Source: an uncultured Eubacteriales bacterium
Lineage (GTDB): Bacteria; Bacillota; Clostridia; Oscillospirales; CAG-272
Assembly (NCBI GenBank): GCA_934393265.1
Contig: CAKRQL010000013.1
Coordinates: 25,082 to 89,081, forward strand
DNA length: 64,000 bases
Reading direction: 5' to 3'
In this document: positions 1 to 11,506 of the stretch, one piece after another
Layout: every line of letters begins with the position of its first letter
Numbering within the stretch: the first letter of the stretch is position 1
Notes under the pieces: generated by a model
Database searches by the model: none
Told to the model about the DNA's origin: nothing
The model's input: only the letters and a program-made list of their open reading frames with translations
Made by a program: the position numbers and the translations under genes

Positions 1-2445
1 ATCAATATAGGCGCAGGTAACAGATTCTTGGCAACATCGAGAGTAAAAGGCTCTCTTACCGTTGATGGCGTGAGTATTATTGCGGCGGACAGTGATATTA
101 TGAATATAACAACTGTCGAGGGTCAGACCGTTGAATTCAGAAACTGCACACTCAGGAGCCCGAAAACGGTAATTACCGCAACAATGAACGTCGGAAACGG
201 CATTGCTTTCAGAAATTGCATAATAGAATCCGACGCACGCGCTGTAATCGTTTCATCCGACAATACGACCGTTCCGCTTGAAATTGAGAATACCACGGTC
301 ACGACAACCGCAGATGACGCATTTGTTTTTACTAACGGTTGGCTGAATGTGACGGGGTCATCAAGGCTGTCGTCCAAGCAGCAGTTTGTCTGGTCGAACA
401 AAGGAACGATGAAGCTTACTCTTGCTGACGGTGCGCGCTTTTCTCACAAGTCCGTGACAGCGGGTCAACTCACATCCGACTCCACGTCCACATACAGTGA
501 CTACATATACGAGGAGCCGTCCGACGCGACGTTCCCGTACGTAATGAGCCATGAAAAGGCAAACCTCGTGTTCAATTACAGCGACAAGAGCGCGGGCTGC
601 ACCGACACGTGGAAGCTTGAAAAAGCCTCTGGCGCAATGGCGATAGTCCGTTACGCCGCATACCTTGACAGTAAGGCAATTACCGGCTGGTCGAGAACGG
701 AGGGCGGAGCCGCGGAGGAAGTATCCGTCTCTTACGCCGACCTCGGCAAGACCGTTAACTATTACGCTGTGACTGCCGACTTCGCCGCAGAGGGCATAAA
801 GTACGTAATGCTCTCCGGCGAGACCGTAACAAGGTACGGTACCGAGGACAGCTTCTACGGTATAAACGGCGCGGGAGACTTCGGCGCCATCGCCGCAAAT
901 TCCGATACAACCGTTGTGTTTGTCGACGATATGACCGTTTACGGCGCGGCGGAGACAAATAATCTTGGCGCGGTAAAAAAGCTCACAATTGACCTTAACG
1001 GACATACCCTTACCGCCGACACGACCGACTGGAAAACACCGGGTGGTTACAATTATATCTTCCGTATTCAGGGCGCGGATACGGAAACTCATATCTATTC
1101 TTCAAAGCCCGGCGCGGTGATAAACGCAGGATCTTTCGCCGTTGCGATGCTGAACTGGACAGGAGACCTCTATATAGGCGGCTCCTCCTATGCCGGCAAT
1201 CTCACGCTTGTGTCCGATAGCGCAGTCGTAAGGCACAATGCCTCCGGAAATGTGACAGTCACCGGCACAACGATTAATGCGGCAAACGGCTTTGAGTTTG
1301 CTCTCCGCAGAGTGGATACGACGTTCACTTTCGCAGACAGTGATGCGAATATAAAATCCGCTTTTATTTTCTATACCCGTGATACCGATCAAAAATGTGC
1401 GCTTACCGCGGATATAAAGAACAGCAGTCTCTTCATAAACGAAAACCTCGCTGTGGATAACGACGCAATGAACATCGTAAAGACCGATATAACCGTCACC
1501 GGCTCGACCCTTTACGTCAGTAATGCCACCCTCCCCGGGAAAGTGACCGGCAGCGTTACCATTACCGGCGGAAAGACCTATGTCAATGCCGCGGACGGAA
1601 TAGTTCTTGACACCGGAAAGGCGCTTCGCCCGACCGTCGTGAATAAGAACGGCGTGACGTTTACAAAGACGGTAGCAGGCGAGAGCGAGATAGCAGGCGT
1701 AAAGTTCAACCTTACCCTCTACTCAAGCTTCAACCTTAACCTCTACGTCCTCTCCGAATACGGGCTTGGCGGCGATACGGTTGAGATCGACGGTCACACG
1801 TATACAAGGCACGAGTATTCGTATGCCGCACACGAGATTGCTGAGGCACAGAACATAAAGCTCGGCAGCTATGACGCAATAAGCGTGTCCGTGCTTGATT
1901 ATGCAAAGGTGCTCTTCGCTCTTGATGACAGCGCGCTCATGTCGAATGAAAAGACCCTTATGGCAGACGCGCTCGTGTATGCGAACGCCGCGGCGAAGTT
2001 CATAGATAAGGCAGAGAACGCAGAGATAACCGCTCTCCTTACCGCGAACAAAGACTATAAGTCGACCCTCAAGACCTTCAACGGTAAGACAAAGGATATG
2101 ACCTCCGTCTCCGACGGATTTGTTTCCGCGTCCCTTGACCTCACCTCACAGCCGAGGTTCATCTTTACGATAAAGAGCGGAGCTAAGGTAAGCGTAAGCT
2201 ACACTAACTTCTGGAACGTAACGGTAACAAAGACCGAGGCTGACGCAGTCGACGGAAAAATAGTTATAGACGACATGCGTATCTTCGACTTTGCAAATGA
2301 GTTCACCCTTACGGTAGGCGAGAAGAGCGCAACCTACTCTCTTGCAGACTACGCGGCGAACACGGATGTACAGGAGCTCTGTAACGCTCTCTATACCTAC
2401 ATAGAGACCGCAAAGGCGTTCAAGGCTAAAAACCCCAAGGTGTAA
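1..2445 (+). CDS. Large secreted/surface repeat protein, probably 5'-truncated by the window edge
   Basis: Frame 1 is open from base 1. The tracked TTG at 28 has no RBS and no signal peptide follows it. The 805+ aa are Thr/Val/Asn/Gly-rich with short repeated strand motifs (..TVTG..L, ..NVTGSS..) typical of parallel beta-helix adhesin-like proteins. ITGWSRTEGG...VNYYAV resembles a Listeria-Bacteroides-type repeat. Confidence 0.6.
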   Translation: MNIGAGNRFLATSRVKGSLTVDGVSIIAADSDIMNITTVEGQTVEFRNCTLRSPKTVITATMNVGNGIAFRNCIIESDARAVIVSSDNTTVPLEIENTTVTTTADDAFVFTNGWLNVTGSSRLSSKQQFVWSNKGTMKLTLADGARFSHKSVTAGQLTSDSTSTYSDYIYEEPSDATFPYVMSHEKANLVFNYSDKSAGCTDTWKLEKASGAMAIVRYAAYLDSKAITGWSRTEGGAAEEVSVSYADLGKTVNYYAVTADFAAEGIKYVMLSGETVTRYGTEDSFYGINGAGDFGAIAANSDTTVVFVDDMTVYGAAETNNLGAVKKLTIDLNGHTLTADTTDWKTPGGYNYIFRIQGADTETHIYSSKPGAVINAGSFAVAMLNWTGDLYIGGSSYAGNLTLVSDSAVVRHNASGNVTVTGTTINAANGFEFALRRVDTTFTFADSDANIKSAFIFYTRDTDQKCALTADIKNSSLFINENLAVDNDAMNIVKTDITVTGSTLYVSNATLPGKVTGSVTITGGKTYVNAADGIVLDTGKALRPTVVNKNGVTFTKTVAGESEIAGVKFNLTLYSSFNLNLYVLSEYGLGGDTVEIDGHTYTRHEYSYAAHEIAEAQNIKLGSYDAISVSVLDYAKVLFALDDSALMSNEKTLMADALVYANAAAKFIDKAENAEITALLTANKDYKSTLKTFNGKTKDMTSVSDGFVSASLDLTSQPRFIFTIKSGAKVSVSYTNFWNVTVTKTEADAVDGKIVIDDMRIFDFANEFTLTVGEKSATYSLADYAANTDVQELCNALYTYIETAKAFKAKNPKV

Positions 2446-2659
2446 AAAGCATACAGGGATTAACATGATTCCGAGGGGAGCTACCGCACGGCAAAGCATG
2501 AGACCGTCAGGGATTGCGACGGCTCCCCGATATATAAAAACGCCATGGGCGTGTATAAAAAGCTGCATGGCGTAAATAAAAGAGGCAGGGAACAGCAGAG
2601 AGAAAACACGGTAAAACCTACCACGCAAAGCCTTCTTTGCCCCCTGTCCGAAAGAAAAC

Positions 2660-2692
2660 AATAAAAAAAGGAGCCGCGGTGTCCCGCGCTCC
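2660..2692 (-). terminator. Rho-independent terminator distal to atpC
   Basis: On the minus strand, GGAGCGCGG-GACA-CCGCGGCTCC is followed by TTTTTTTTATTG. Confidence 0.55.
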
Positions 2693-2734
2693 GAAAACTT
2701 AAATAACTCGTGAGAAGCATAAATTGATTGGACA

Positions 2735-2765
2735 AAGAGCCGGGATTTTCCCGGCTCTTTTGTAT
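2735..2765. terminator. Hairpin terminator between the surface-protein gene and atpC (usable in both directions)
   Basis: AAGAGCCGGGA-TTT-TCCCGGCTCTT with a T-run on the plus strand and an A-run upstream. Confidence 0.5.
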
Positions 2766-2800
2766 TACAAAAAACTGCCGACAGGCAATACCACTCTCGT

Positions 2801-2894
2801 GTAACGCGAACATCACTGCGAAGCAATATCACTTGCGCGTAACGCGAACATCACTGCGAAGCAATATCGCTCGCCGTCACGCGAATATAACTGA
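2801..2894. repeat. 38-bp tandem repeat, about 2.5 copies
   Basis: GTAACGCGAACATCACTGCGAAGCAATATC is exact at 2801-2830 and 2839-2868. A degenerate third copy, GTCACGCGAATATAACTG, lies at 2877-2894. Confidence 0.85.
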
Positions 2895-2913
2895 GCGGCG
2901 CATCTGCGCGCGG

Positions 2914-3312
2914 TTACATTTCCACTGTATTTATTCTTGTCATTGCGCGGGCTATACGCGCCTTTGCGAGATCTATCTCACGCCCGTCCTTCGCCTCGCG
3001 GAGCTTATCCTGCGCCCGCTCGAGCGCACGCTTCGCGCGGGCGAGGTCGATTTCATCCGCGTATTCAAAGGTTGTCGATACGAGGCTGACCACACCCGCC
3101 TTGACGGTGAGAAATCCGCCGTTTGCCGCCGCCCTGCGGGTCTCGCCACCCGCTGTGACCTTTGCCGTCCCGGCTCCGAGCGCGGCGAGATAGTCAGTAT
3201 GCCCGGCGAGGATCTGCACGTCGCCCGTAGTGGTACGGACGGTGAGTGCCTCTGCTTCGCCGTCGAATTTGACGCCGTCCGGCGTCGCTATCGTAAGATG
3301 AAAAGTTTTCAT
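2914..3312 (-). CDS. atpC: F1Fo ATP synthase subunit epsilon
   Basis: 132 aa. N-terminal beta-sandwich (LTIATPDG..F.GE) plus C-terminal helical hairpin. Last gene of the atp operon. Confidence 0.93.
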   Translation of the reverse strand: MKTFHLTIATPDGVKFDGEAEALTVRTTTGDVQILAGHTDYLAALGAGTAKVTAGGETRRAAANGGFLTVKAGVVSLVSTTFEYADEIDLARAKRALERAQDKLREAKDGREIDLAKARIARAMTRINTVEM

Positions 3313-3442
3313 GAAAGCTCCTTATCGGGATAGGTTATCCCAAAAGACGTCGCACACCGTGCCGGGGCGTTTTTTATACACGCCCCGTGGTTTTTGCCGG
3401 GAAATATCTCCCGGCGCGCCTGCACGGAGGATGCGCCCTTTA

Positions 3443-4861
<1,419 letters not shown>

Positions 4862-4916
4862 TCATACATGGGGGCGTGTACCGTTTTCCCATGAATTTTT
4901 TCTTTCCCGTATGGGG

Positions 4917-5762
4917 TCAGAGTGCCTCCGCGCCGGAGACTATCTCGGTTATTTCCTGCGTTATGACGCTCTGGCGCGCGCGGTTGTAGCGGAGCGTCAG
5001 GTCATCTATCATTTCCTGCGCGTTCTTGTTTGCCGAGTTCATCGCCGTGCGCCGCGCGCCGGACTCCGAGGCGAGTGCCTCGCAGAGCCCCGCATGGACA
5101 TATCCGGCAATGTACCCGGGGATTATCGCGTCGAGTATTGCCGTGGGGTCGTCGTCGGTCATGGGCTCCCGCATATTTTCCGTGCCGTCCGCACCCTCGC
5201 TCCGCGTGAGCGGGAGGAGCGTCCCGACCGTCGGTATCTGCGTGAGCATGGATATAAAGCGCGTGTAGACGAGAGCCACCCGGCTTATTTTGCCGGAAAG
5301 ATACCTTCCGCATACCGTATCCGCGAGCTTTATGCAGTCGCCGAAGGAAATCTCCGCTGCTGAGGCATAGTCGCCCGTCATTATATCCGCGCCGATGTGC
5401 ATATAGTGCTCGAGTGCCTTTTTGCCTATCGGGAGAATAACGTCGCCGTCCTTCGCCTTTTCGCGTACGGCTCTGAAAATATTGGAGTTGTACCCGCCGG
5501 CGAGCCCGCGGTCGCCCGCTATGACTATCCAGAGCGTCTTTCCGTCCCGAGACGAAAAGTAGGGGGATTCACCGGTACCGAGCCGCGCGGTGTCGCGTAT
5601 CGCCTCCGCGAGCAGCTCGCGATAGGGGCGGGAGGTCTGCGCCCGCTCCTTCTGCCGCCGGAGCTTTGACGTGGCGACGAGCTCCATGGCTTTGGTTATC
5701 TGCATGGTACCGCTGACGCTTCTGATACGGGATTTTATCCCGTTCATAGATGTACCTGCCAC
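4917..5762 (-). CDS. atpG: F1Fo ATP synthase subunit gamma
   Basis: 281 aa. Conserved ends (IKSRIRSV..T.QITKAMELVA ... LTLRYNRARQ..ITQEI.EIVSGA). Confidence 0.96.
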   Translation of the reverse strand: MAGTSMNGIKSRIRSVSGTMQITKAMELVATSKLRRQKERAQTSRPYRELLAEAIRDTARLGTGESPYFSSRDGKTLWIVIAGDRGLAGGYNSNIFRAVREKAKDGDVILPIGKKALEHYMHIGADIMTGDYASAAEISFGDCIKLADTVCGRYLSGKISRVALVYTRFISMLTQIPTVGTLLPLTRSEGADGTENMREPMTDDDPTAILDAIIPGYIAGYVHAGLCEALASESGARRTAMNSANKNAQEMIDDLTLRYNRARQSVITQEITEIVSGAEAL

Positions 5763-5765
5763 GGA

Positions 5766-7286
5766 TTACGCCTCCTTTTTCTCGGTGAATTTTTCCTTTT
5801 CGTGCATTATCGCGTCGCGCAGTGCCGCCTCGGTCTCACCCTCGAGCTTTCCGGTCTCGCGTATCGTTTTGAGGAGCGCGTCGCAGGACGCCGTGAGATA
5901 CTCGTAGAGCCCGGTTTCAAACTCATGAATGTCCTCGACGGCAATATCGGAAAGAAGATTGTTTACGACGGCGTAGATTATAGCAACCTGAAGCTCAACC
6001 GCAACCGGAGAGTTGCGCCCCTGCTTCAGCACCTCGACTATGCGCTTGCCCTGCTCGAGCCGCGCCTTGGTGTCCGCGTCGAGGTCGGAGCCGAACTGCG
6101 CGAAGCCCTGCAGCTCTATATACTGCGAATAGAGGAGCTTCAGCTGTCCTGCGACCTTCTTCATCGCCTTTATCTGCGCGTTACCGCCGACACGGGAGAC
6201 GGAGATACCGGGGTTTACAGCCGGGCGCACTCCGGAGTGGAAGAGCTCGGTTTCAAGGAATATCTGTCCGTCGGTTATTGATATTACGTTCGTGGGAATG
6301 TACGCCGAGACGTCTCCCGCCTGCGTCTCTATTATCGGGAGCGCGGTGAGCGAGCCGCCGCCGCATTCGTCGGACAGCCTTGCCGCGCGCTCAAGAAGTC
6401 TTGAGTGCAGGTAGAATACGTCACCGGGGTACGCCTCTCTGCCCGGCGGTCTCCGGATAAGGAGAGACAGGGCACGGTACGCCACCGCGTGCTTTGAGAG
6501 GTCGTCGTAGATTATCAGCGCGTCGCGCCCCTTGTCCATGAAGTATTCACCCATGGCACAGCCGGCGTACGGCGCTATATACTGGAGGGGTGCGGAGTCG
6601 GACGCCGTCGCCGCGACGACAATCGTATAGTCCATCGCGCCGTTTTTGTAGAGCGTGTCGACGACATTCGCGACGGTGGACTGCTTCTGTCCTATCGCAA
6701 CATATATGCATATAATGCCTTTTCCGCGCTGGTTTATTATGGTGTCCGTCGCGATAACGGTTTTACCGGTCTGTCGGTCGCCTATAATCAGCTCGCGCTG
6801 ACCTCTTCCGATAGGTATCATCGAGTCTATCGCCTTTATTCCCGTCTGCAGGGGGACGGACACCGACTTTCTCTCAATGATGCCGTAGGCGCGCCGCTCT
6901 ATCGGGCGGGTCTCCTTTGCCGCTATCGGTCCCTTTGAGTCTATCGGCTGACCGAGCGCGTTGACAACCCTGCCGACGAGCTCCTCGCCGACCGGGACGG
7001 AGACGACGTTGCCGGTCCGCTTTACAAGGCTCCCCTCGGATATTCCGACGTCGGTTCCGAGGAGCACTGCGTTGACAGAGTCCTCTTCGAGATTCAGTGC
7101 CATGCCGTAGGTTCCGTTGGAAAATTCGAGCAGCTCGTTCGACTTGCACTTGTCAAGCCCGTAAACTCGGGAAATACCGTCGCCGACCGAGATTACATAT
7201 CCGACCTCGTCCTGCTCGGTCTTTGCCGAGTAGTTCTTTATCTGCTCTTTTATTAATTTTGTTATCTCGTCTGTTTTTGACTGCAT
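5766..7286 (-). CDS. atpA: F1Fo ATP synthase subunit alpha
   Basis: 506 aa. Walker A GDRQTGKT and typical alpha-subunit sequence throughout. Confidence 0.98.
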   Translation of the reverse strand: MQSKTDEITKLIKEQIKNYSAKTEQDEVGYVISVGDGISRVYGLDKCKSNELLEFSNGTYGMALNLEEDSVNAVLLGTDVGISEGSLVKRTGNVVSVPVGEELVGRVVNALGQPIDSKGPIAAKETRPIERRAYGIIERKSVSVPLQTGIKAIDSMIPIGRGQRELIIGDRQTGKTVIATDTIINQRGKGIICIYVAIGQKQSTVANVVDTLYKNGAMDYTIVVAATASDSAPLQYIAPYAGCAMGEYFMDKGRDALIIYDDLSKHAVAYRALSLLIRRPPGREAYPGDVFYLHSRLLERAARLSDECGGGSLTALPIIETQAGDVSAYIPTNVISITDGQIFLETELFHSGVRPAVNPGISVSRVGGNAQIKAMKKVAGQLKLLYSQYIELQGFAQFGSDLDADTKARLEQGKRIVEVLKQGRNSPVAVELQVAIIYAVVNNLLSDIAVEDIHEFETGLYEYLTASCDALLKTIRETGKLEGETEAALRDAIMHEKEKFTEKKEA

Positions 7287-7315
7287 TTTATCACCAACTT
7301 CTGTTTGTTATCGGG

Positions 7316-7849
7316 TCACACGATGATTTGGGAGAGCTGTTTTTCAAGCTTATCCAGTCGCGTCTTTACCGACCCGTCAAGCTGGACGCCGGAGTACCGG
7401 AGCTTCATTCCGCCGAGTATCCCGGGGTCAACGGTGTTCTTTATTATAACTGTCTTTCCGGTGAGGGCTGCGAGCCTACTTCTGAGTGCGTCGCATTGCC
7501 CGTCGCTCATCGGTACAGCCGTCACCGCCTCGACCCTCTCAATGCCGAGCCGCTCGTCGCGCAGGGCAGAGAATTCCGCCATGGCGGCGGGGAGGAATGA
7601 GACGGCGCGCCGCTCCGAGAGATATTTTATGAAGTCGCGCACCTCCGGCAGCACCGGGGACAGCGTCCTGTCGACGAGCGACAGCCGCTCACAGCGTGCG
7701 AGCGCAGGATTGTCGAGAAGCCGGGTATACTCCGGCTCGCGCTCAAGTGCAGCGCACACCGAAGAGAGATCGGAGAACACCTCCTCGACCTTCCCACACT
7801 CCTCGGCGAGCATGAACATTGCGCGCCCGTAATTTTCCGCGCCTCTCAT
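7316..7849 (-). CDS. atpH: F1Fo ATP synthase subunit delta (OSCP)
   Basis: 177 aa. C-terminal GG..L..G....DGS....L..L pattern. Positioned between atpF and atpA. Confidence 0.9.
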   Translation of the reverse strand: MRGAENYGRAMFMLAEECGKVEEVFSDLSSVCAALEREPEYTRLLDNPALARCERLSLVDRTLSPVLPEVRDFIKYLSERRAVSFLPAAMAEFSALRDERLGIERVEAVTAVPMSDGQCDALRSRLAALTGKTVIIKNTVDPGILGGMKLRYSGVQLDGSVKTRLDKLEKQLSQIIV

Positions 7850-7850
7850 A

Positions 7851-8357
7851 TCAACCGTCCTTACCGACGCTGTTTATGAACTCGTCGATCATTTCCGCGT
7901 GCTCGTCCGGCTTCACGTCTCTGCCTATGACGGCGGAGGCTATCTCGACGGCGAGCGTCGAGACCTCGTCCTTAACATCGTTCATGGCGCGCACCCGCTC
8001 GAGCTCTATCTGCTCTTCCGCGCGCTCAAGGGTACGCTGCGCCTTGCTGTCCGCCTCACGCAGGATTTCCTCCTCGCGCAGCTGGGCTTTCCTGACCGCG
8101 CCGCGCAGCAGCCTTTCGCACTCCGCGTCCGCGTCGCCTATCTTCTTTTCATACTCGCTCTTCATTTCCTCCGCGCTGCGTTTGTTTTTCTCCGCGTCGG
8201 AGTACATGTCGTCGATTTCCTTTTGTCTTGAATCTATCATGTTCTTAACGGGTTTGAAGAGCAGCTTGCGCAGGAAAAGAAAGAGTATGAGAAGGTTTAT
8301 CCACGCGAATATCATCGTCCAGAAATTCACGCCGACAAATGATTCAAAGCCTTCCAT
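7851..8357 (-). CDS. atpF: F1Fo ATP synthase subunit b
   Basis: 168 aa. One N-terminal TM helix followed by a long charged coiled coil. Operon position supports the call. Confidence 0.9.
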   Translation of the reverse strand: MEGFESFVGVNFWTMIFAWINLLILFLFLRKLLFKPVKNMIDSRQKEIDDMYSDAEKNKRSAEEMKSEYEKKIGDADAECERLLRGAVRKAQLREEEILREADSKAQRTLERAEEQIELERVRAMNDVKDEVSTLAVEIASAVIGRDVKPDEHAEMIDEFINSVGKDG

Positions 8358-8393
8358 TCTTTTCTCCTTTTAGTAGTATAGACTTTTACGCTC

Positions 8394-8732
<339 letters not shown>

Positions 8733-8783
8733 TCATTCGCCCTGTATTTTTATTTTCCGCCTTTTTCCGCGCATTTTTACGGA

Positions 8784-9563
8784 TTATTTGTCTGCCTTTT
8801 CTCCCTCCGCCGGGACGGTAGCCTTCGGCGGGTTCGCCTCTCCTATATAGACCATTGTCAGCAGCGAAAAGACGAGAGCCTGTACAAATCCGGAGAAGAG
8901 GTCAAAGTATATCGAGAAAAACGCCGGGAGACCGACCTGAAACACGGGCGGGAGTGCCGCGGACACCGCCGCGGGGAGCCACGAAAATACAAAGGACGAC
9001 AGAGCCGCGAGCGCGCTGTAAACCAGCGCCGTGATGACCGACCCGCCCGCCACGTTTCCGAAGTGACGGAACGCGAGCGAAATAGGGCTCGCTATCTCCG
9101 AGACTATGTTCATGGGGGTCATCACCACGATAGGCTCGGTAAATCCTTTAAGGAAGCCCAAAAAGCCGTTGTTCTTTATCTTCTCATACCAGACAATTCC
9201 CGTCGTGACGAGTGCCCATGCCGCCGTAACCGAGAGGTCCGCAGTGGTGGAGCGGAATATCTGCGTCATTCCGATGAGAGAGCCGCAGACAGAGGAGAGA
9301 AACAGCGTCCCGATATAGGGCGCGAATTTTCGGTTGTGCGTACCCATCGTGCTGTCGACGAGGTTGTATATCATGGACACGCCCTTCTCGGTTATGACCT
9401 GCATTCTGCCCGGTCGCTTTGTCAGGTGCCGGGTCAGAAAGTACGCCGTAACAATAAGGAGTATCGTGACGGCGAGAAGCGAGACGGTCGTCTGCGTTAC
9501 GTTTATCCCGCCGAATATCGGGATTGTGAAGTAAATCTTCGGACCGTTGATAGTTACATCCAT
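8784..9563 (-). CDS. atpB: F1Fo ATP synthase subunit a
   Basis: 259 aa polytopic membrane protein. It has the conserved LAFRHFGNV.GG (essential Arg) segment. Confidence 0.95.
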   Translation of the reverse strand: MDVTINGPKIYFTIPIFGGINVTQTTVSLLAVTILLIVTAYFLTRHLTKRPGRMQVITEKGVSMIYNLVDSTMGTHNRKFAPYIGTLFLSSVCGSLIGMTQIFRSTTADLSVTAAWALVTTGIVWYEKIKNNGFLGFLKGFTEPIVVMTPMNIVSEIASPISLAFRHFGNVAGGSVITALVYSALAALSSFVFSWLPAAVSAALPPVFQVGLPAFFSIYFDLFSGFVQALVFSLLTMVYIGEANPPKATVPAEGEKADK

Positions 9564-10036
9564 TAGTCCTTTGCCTCCGTTTTTTCTTTTGCCTCGCGCC
9601 GTCCTCTGATATATCCCTCTGCAATGAGTATCGGGCGCATCATGACGAGGGGAACGAGCGTGGCTATGACCTCAAACTGCCCGGAAACGAAAGCGAGCAC
9701 AAGACAGCCGAGAAGGCTCAGAGCACGGACGATGAATGACATCTGTATCCGGAGCTGCACCGCCTTTTTGTTCTCCTCCGTAAAGGCGTGCGCCTCCTCT
9801 TCGGTCATTTCCGCCTTCCCGCGCTTTTCTTCAAACTGCCGCACCGCGCGGTCGACAGACAGCGTGAGGATAAGATAATTTGCTATTGTTACCGCCGCGC
9901 CGAGTGCCGCGCCGGTTATCACCTTGTAGGAGAACGCGCCGACTATGGCATATACCGCGGCGGTTATCGCCGAGACGGCAAGCTCTCCGAGAATCATGAA
10001 AATGCATTGCCGCATGAGTGCCGTGTTTTTTTTCAT
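9563..10036 (-). CDS. atpI: ATP synthase protein I (AtpI-like membrane protein)
   Basis: 157 aa with four hydrophobic segments. It lies immediately upstream of atpB, and its stop overlaps the atpB start. Confidence 0.7.
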   Translation of the reverse strand: MKKNTALMRQCIFMILGELAVSAITAAVYAIVGAFSYKVITGAALGAAVTIANYLILTLSVDRAVRQFEEKRGKAEMTEEEAHAFTEENKKAVQLRIQMSFIVRALSLLGCLVLAFVSGQFEVIATLVPLVMMRPILIAEGYIRGRREAKEKTEAKD

Positions 10037-10338
10037 TCTTTACCTCCGTGAGAGGGCTTTTCCGCGTCGCCGTCCGCTTTCTCCCTCGCCGCCGCCTGCC
10101 TCTCCTTTGCGAGTGCTTCGGCGGCTCTCGTCGCCGATATGACGTACTTTACCATAGAGAAGAGACCTGACGCCGTACCGAGGAGCACCGCCGGGACATA
10201 TACCCAGTCCGGGAGCCCCCGCTTTTCGACAAGATACCACGCGAGCGCGGTGAGCAGCGCAACGGGGCAGAGCAGCGACAGTACGGACTGAATTACTATG
10301 TTCGTATAGTATACGAAGCCGACGAATTTTCCGTACAT
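10033..10338 (-). CDS. AtpZ/AtpI-family small membrane protein (first gene of the atp operon)
   Basis: 101 aa with two TM helices and a charged tail. It overlaps the atpI start by 4 nt. Confidence 0.65.
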   Translation of the reverse strand: MYGKFVGFVYYTNIVIQSVLSLLCPVALLTALAWYLVEKRGLPDWVYVPAVLLGTASGLFSMVKYVISATRAAEALAKERQAAAREKADGDAEKPSHGGKE

Positions 10339-10383
10339 ATCTCCCTCCCGTGCGCGCGGTCGTATGCGAATTTACACGATTAT

Positions 10384-10412
10384 TATTTTAGCATATCTTT
10401 CCCACAAAAGCA
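10384..10412 (-). promoter_or_regulatory. Sigma-A-type promoter of the atp operon
   Basis: Minus strand reads TTGCTT-17 nt-TAAAAT, about 45 nt upstream of the atpZ-like start. Confidence 0.55.
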
Positions 10413-10543
10413 ATAATAATTTGTAAACTTGGTCAGATTGATTTGTTATGTAAACTCAAAATAAGAGGGGAGCGACATTCCGTCGCAGACCACGTTATAA
10501 CCGCTCTCCCGAGAAAAAGAAATATGCATCTTTCAGCGCAGTG

Positions 10544-10576
10544 ACAAAAAACAGGCAACCGCCGTGCGATTGCCTG
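10544..10576 (-). terminator. Rho-independent terminator ending the nucleoside operon transcript
   Basis: Minus strand reads CAGGCAA-TCGCACGGCGG-TTGCCTG followed by TTTTTTG. It lies about 245 nt after the udk stop. Confidence 0.7.
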
Positions 10577-10699
10577 AAATTCCGCGCCGTCAGCGCGTAC
10601 TCTGTATACTCTTTATTATGTCTCTCTATTATGTCGTCCGCGAGACCGGAGCACACCTCGATGAGCCGCCGTAGCCGCCGTATCCGCCGCCCGCCGCTC

Positions 10700-10735
10700 C
10701 TCGGTAAGGCGGGAGAGCTCGGTAAGGCGGGAGAG
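10700..10735. repeat. Perfect 18-nt tandem duplication
   Basis: CTCGGTAAGGCGGGAGAG occurs twice in direct succession. Confidence 0.9.
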
Positions 10736-10821
10736 CAGTGTGCCGATACATTCGCCGGGCGAGTCGACCGTCGGATACCTCGCTATCAGCTCCTCCGTGT
10801 CCTCCCTGACTATCCCGCCAT

Positions 10822-11457
10822 TCAGTCCTCCGTCTTTTCCGAAGATTTGAGGTGCTTTTCTATCTTGTCGATTATCATTCCGTAGGCGACGGGGTTCTTT
10901 CCGCCCTCTGGGATTATTATGTCGGCGTACTTCTTTGACGGCTCGACAAACGCCTCGTGCATCGGCTTTACCGTCGTTAAGTACTGCTCGACGATAGAGT
11001 CGAGCGTTCTCGCCCGCTTTTTGACGTCGCGCACAATCCGTCGGACGATTCGCACGTCCGCGTCCGTGTCGACGAATATCTTCATATCAAGAAGATTACG
11101 GAGCTCCTTATTTTCAAATATAAGTATCCCCTCAAGGAGGATTACCGGGGAGGCGTGTACGGTTCTCGTCTCCTTCGCACGGTTATGTACGGTGTAGTCA
11201 TAGACCGGGGACTCTATGTCCTCCCCGGACTTGAGCCGGCGTATGTGCTCGCAGAGAAGAGTGGTGTCAAAGGCGTTCGGGTGGTCGTAGTTGAGTGCCG
11301 CGCGCTCCTCGTAGGTGAGCTCGTCGTGCGCCTTATAGTAGTCGTCGTGCCGGAGGAGACTTATCCGCTCATCAAAGCAGGCGGCGATGTTTTTTGCGAG
11401 GGTGGTCTTGCCGCTTCCCGTGCCGCCCGCTATGCCGATTACCGTTATTTCTGCCAT
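10822..11457 (-). CDS. udk: Uridine kinase
   Basis: 211 aa. P-loop GIAGGTGSGKTT, then DDYY, NYDHP.AFD and VDTDADVR motifs. Confidence 0.95.
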   Translation of the reverse strand: MAEITVIGIAGGTGSGKTTLAKNIAACFDERISLLRHDDYYKAHDELTYEERAALNYDHPNAFDTTLLCEHIRRLKSGEDIESPVYDYTVHNRAKETRTVHASPVILLEGILIFENKELRNLLDMKIFVDTDADVRIVRRIVRDVKKRARTLDSIVEQYLTTVKPMHEAFVEPSKKYADIIIPEGGKNPVAYGMIIDKIEKHLKSSEKTED

Positions 11458-11506
11458 TTTTTACTGCCTTCCCGGGCGGATATCCGCCGCATATCGAAAT
11501 AGAAAA

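Noticed and set aside
2146-3333. ORFs 2146-2832 (-), 2481-2816 (-) and 2728-3333 (+) in and around the spacer between the surface-protein gene and atpC.
   Set aside because: They overlap real genes antisense or traverse two terminators and the 38-bp tandem repeat. They have no RBS and no recognisable motifs.
10541-10885. 114-aa plus-strand ORF between the atp operon and udk.
   Set aside because: It starts inside the minus-strand terminator hairpin, overlaps the udk 3' end antisense, and has no RBS and an implausible composition.
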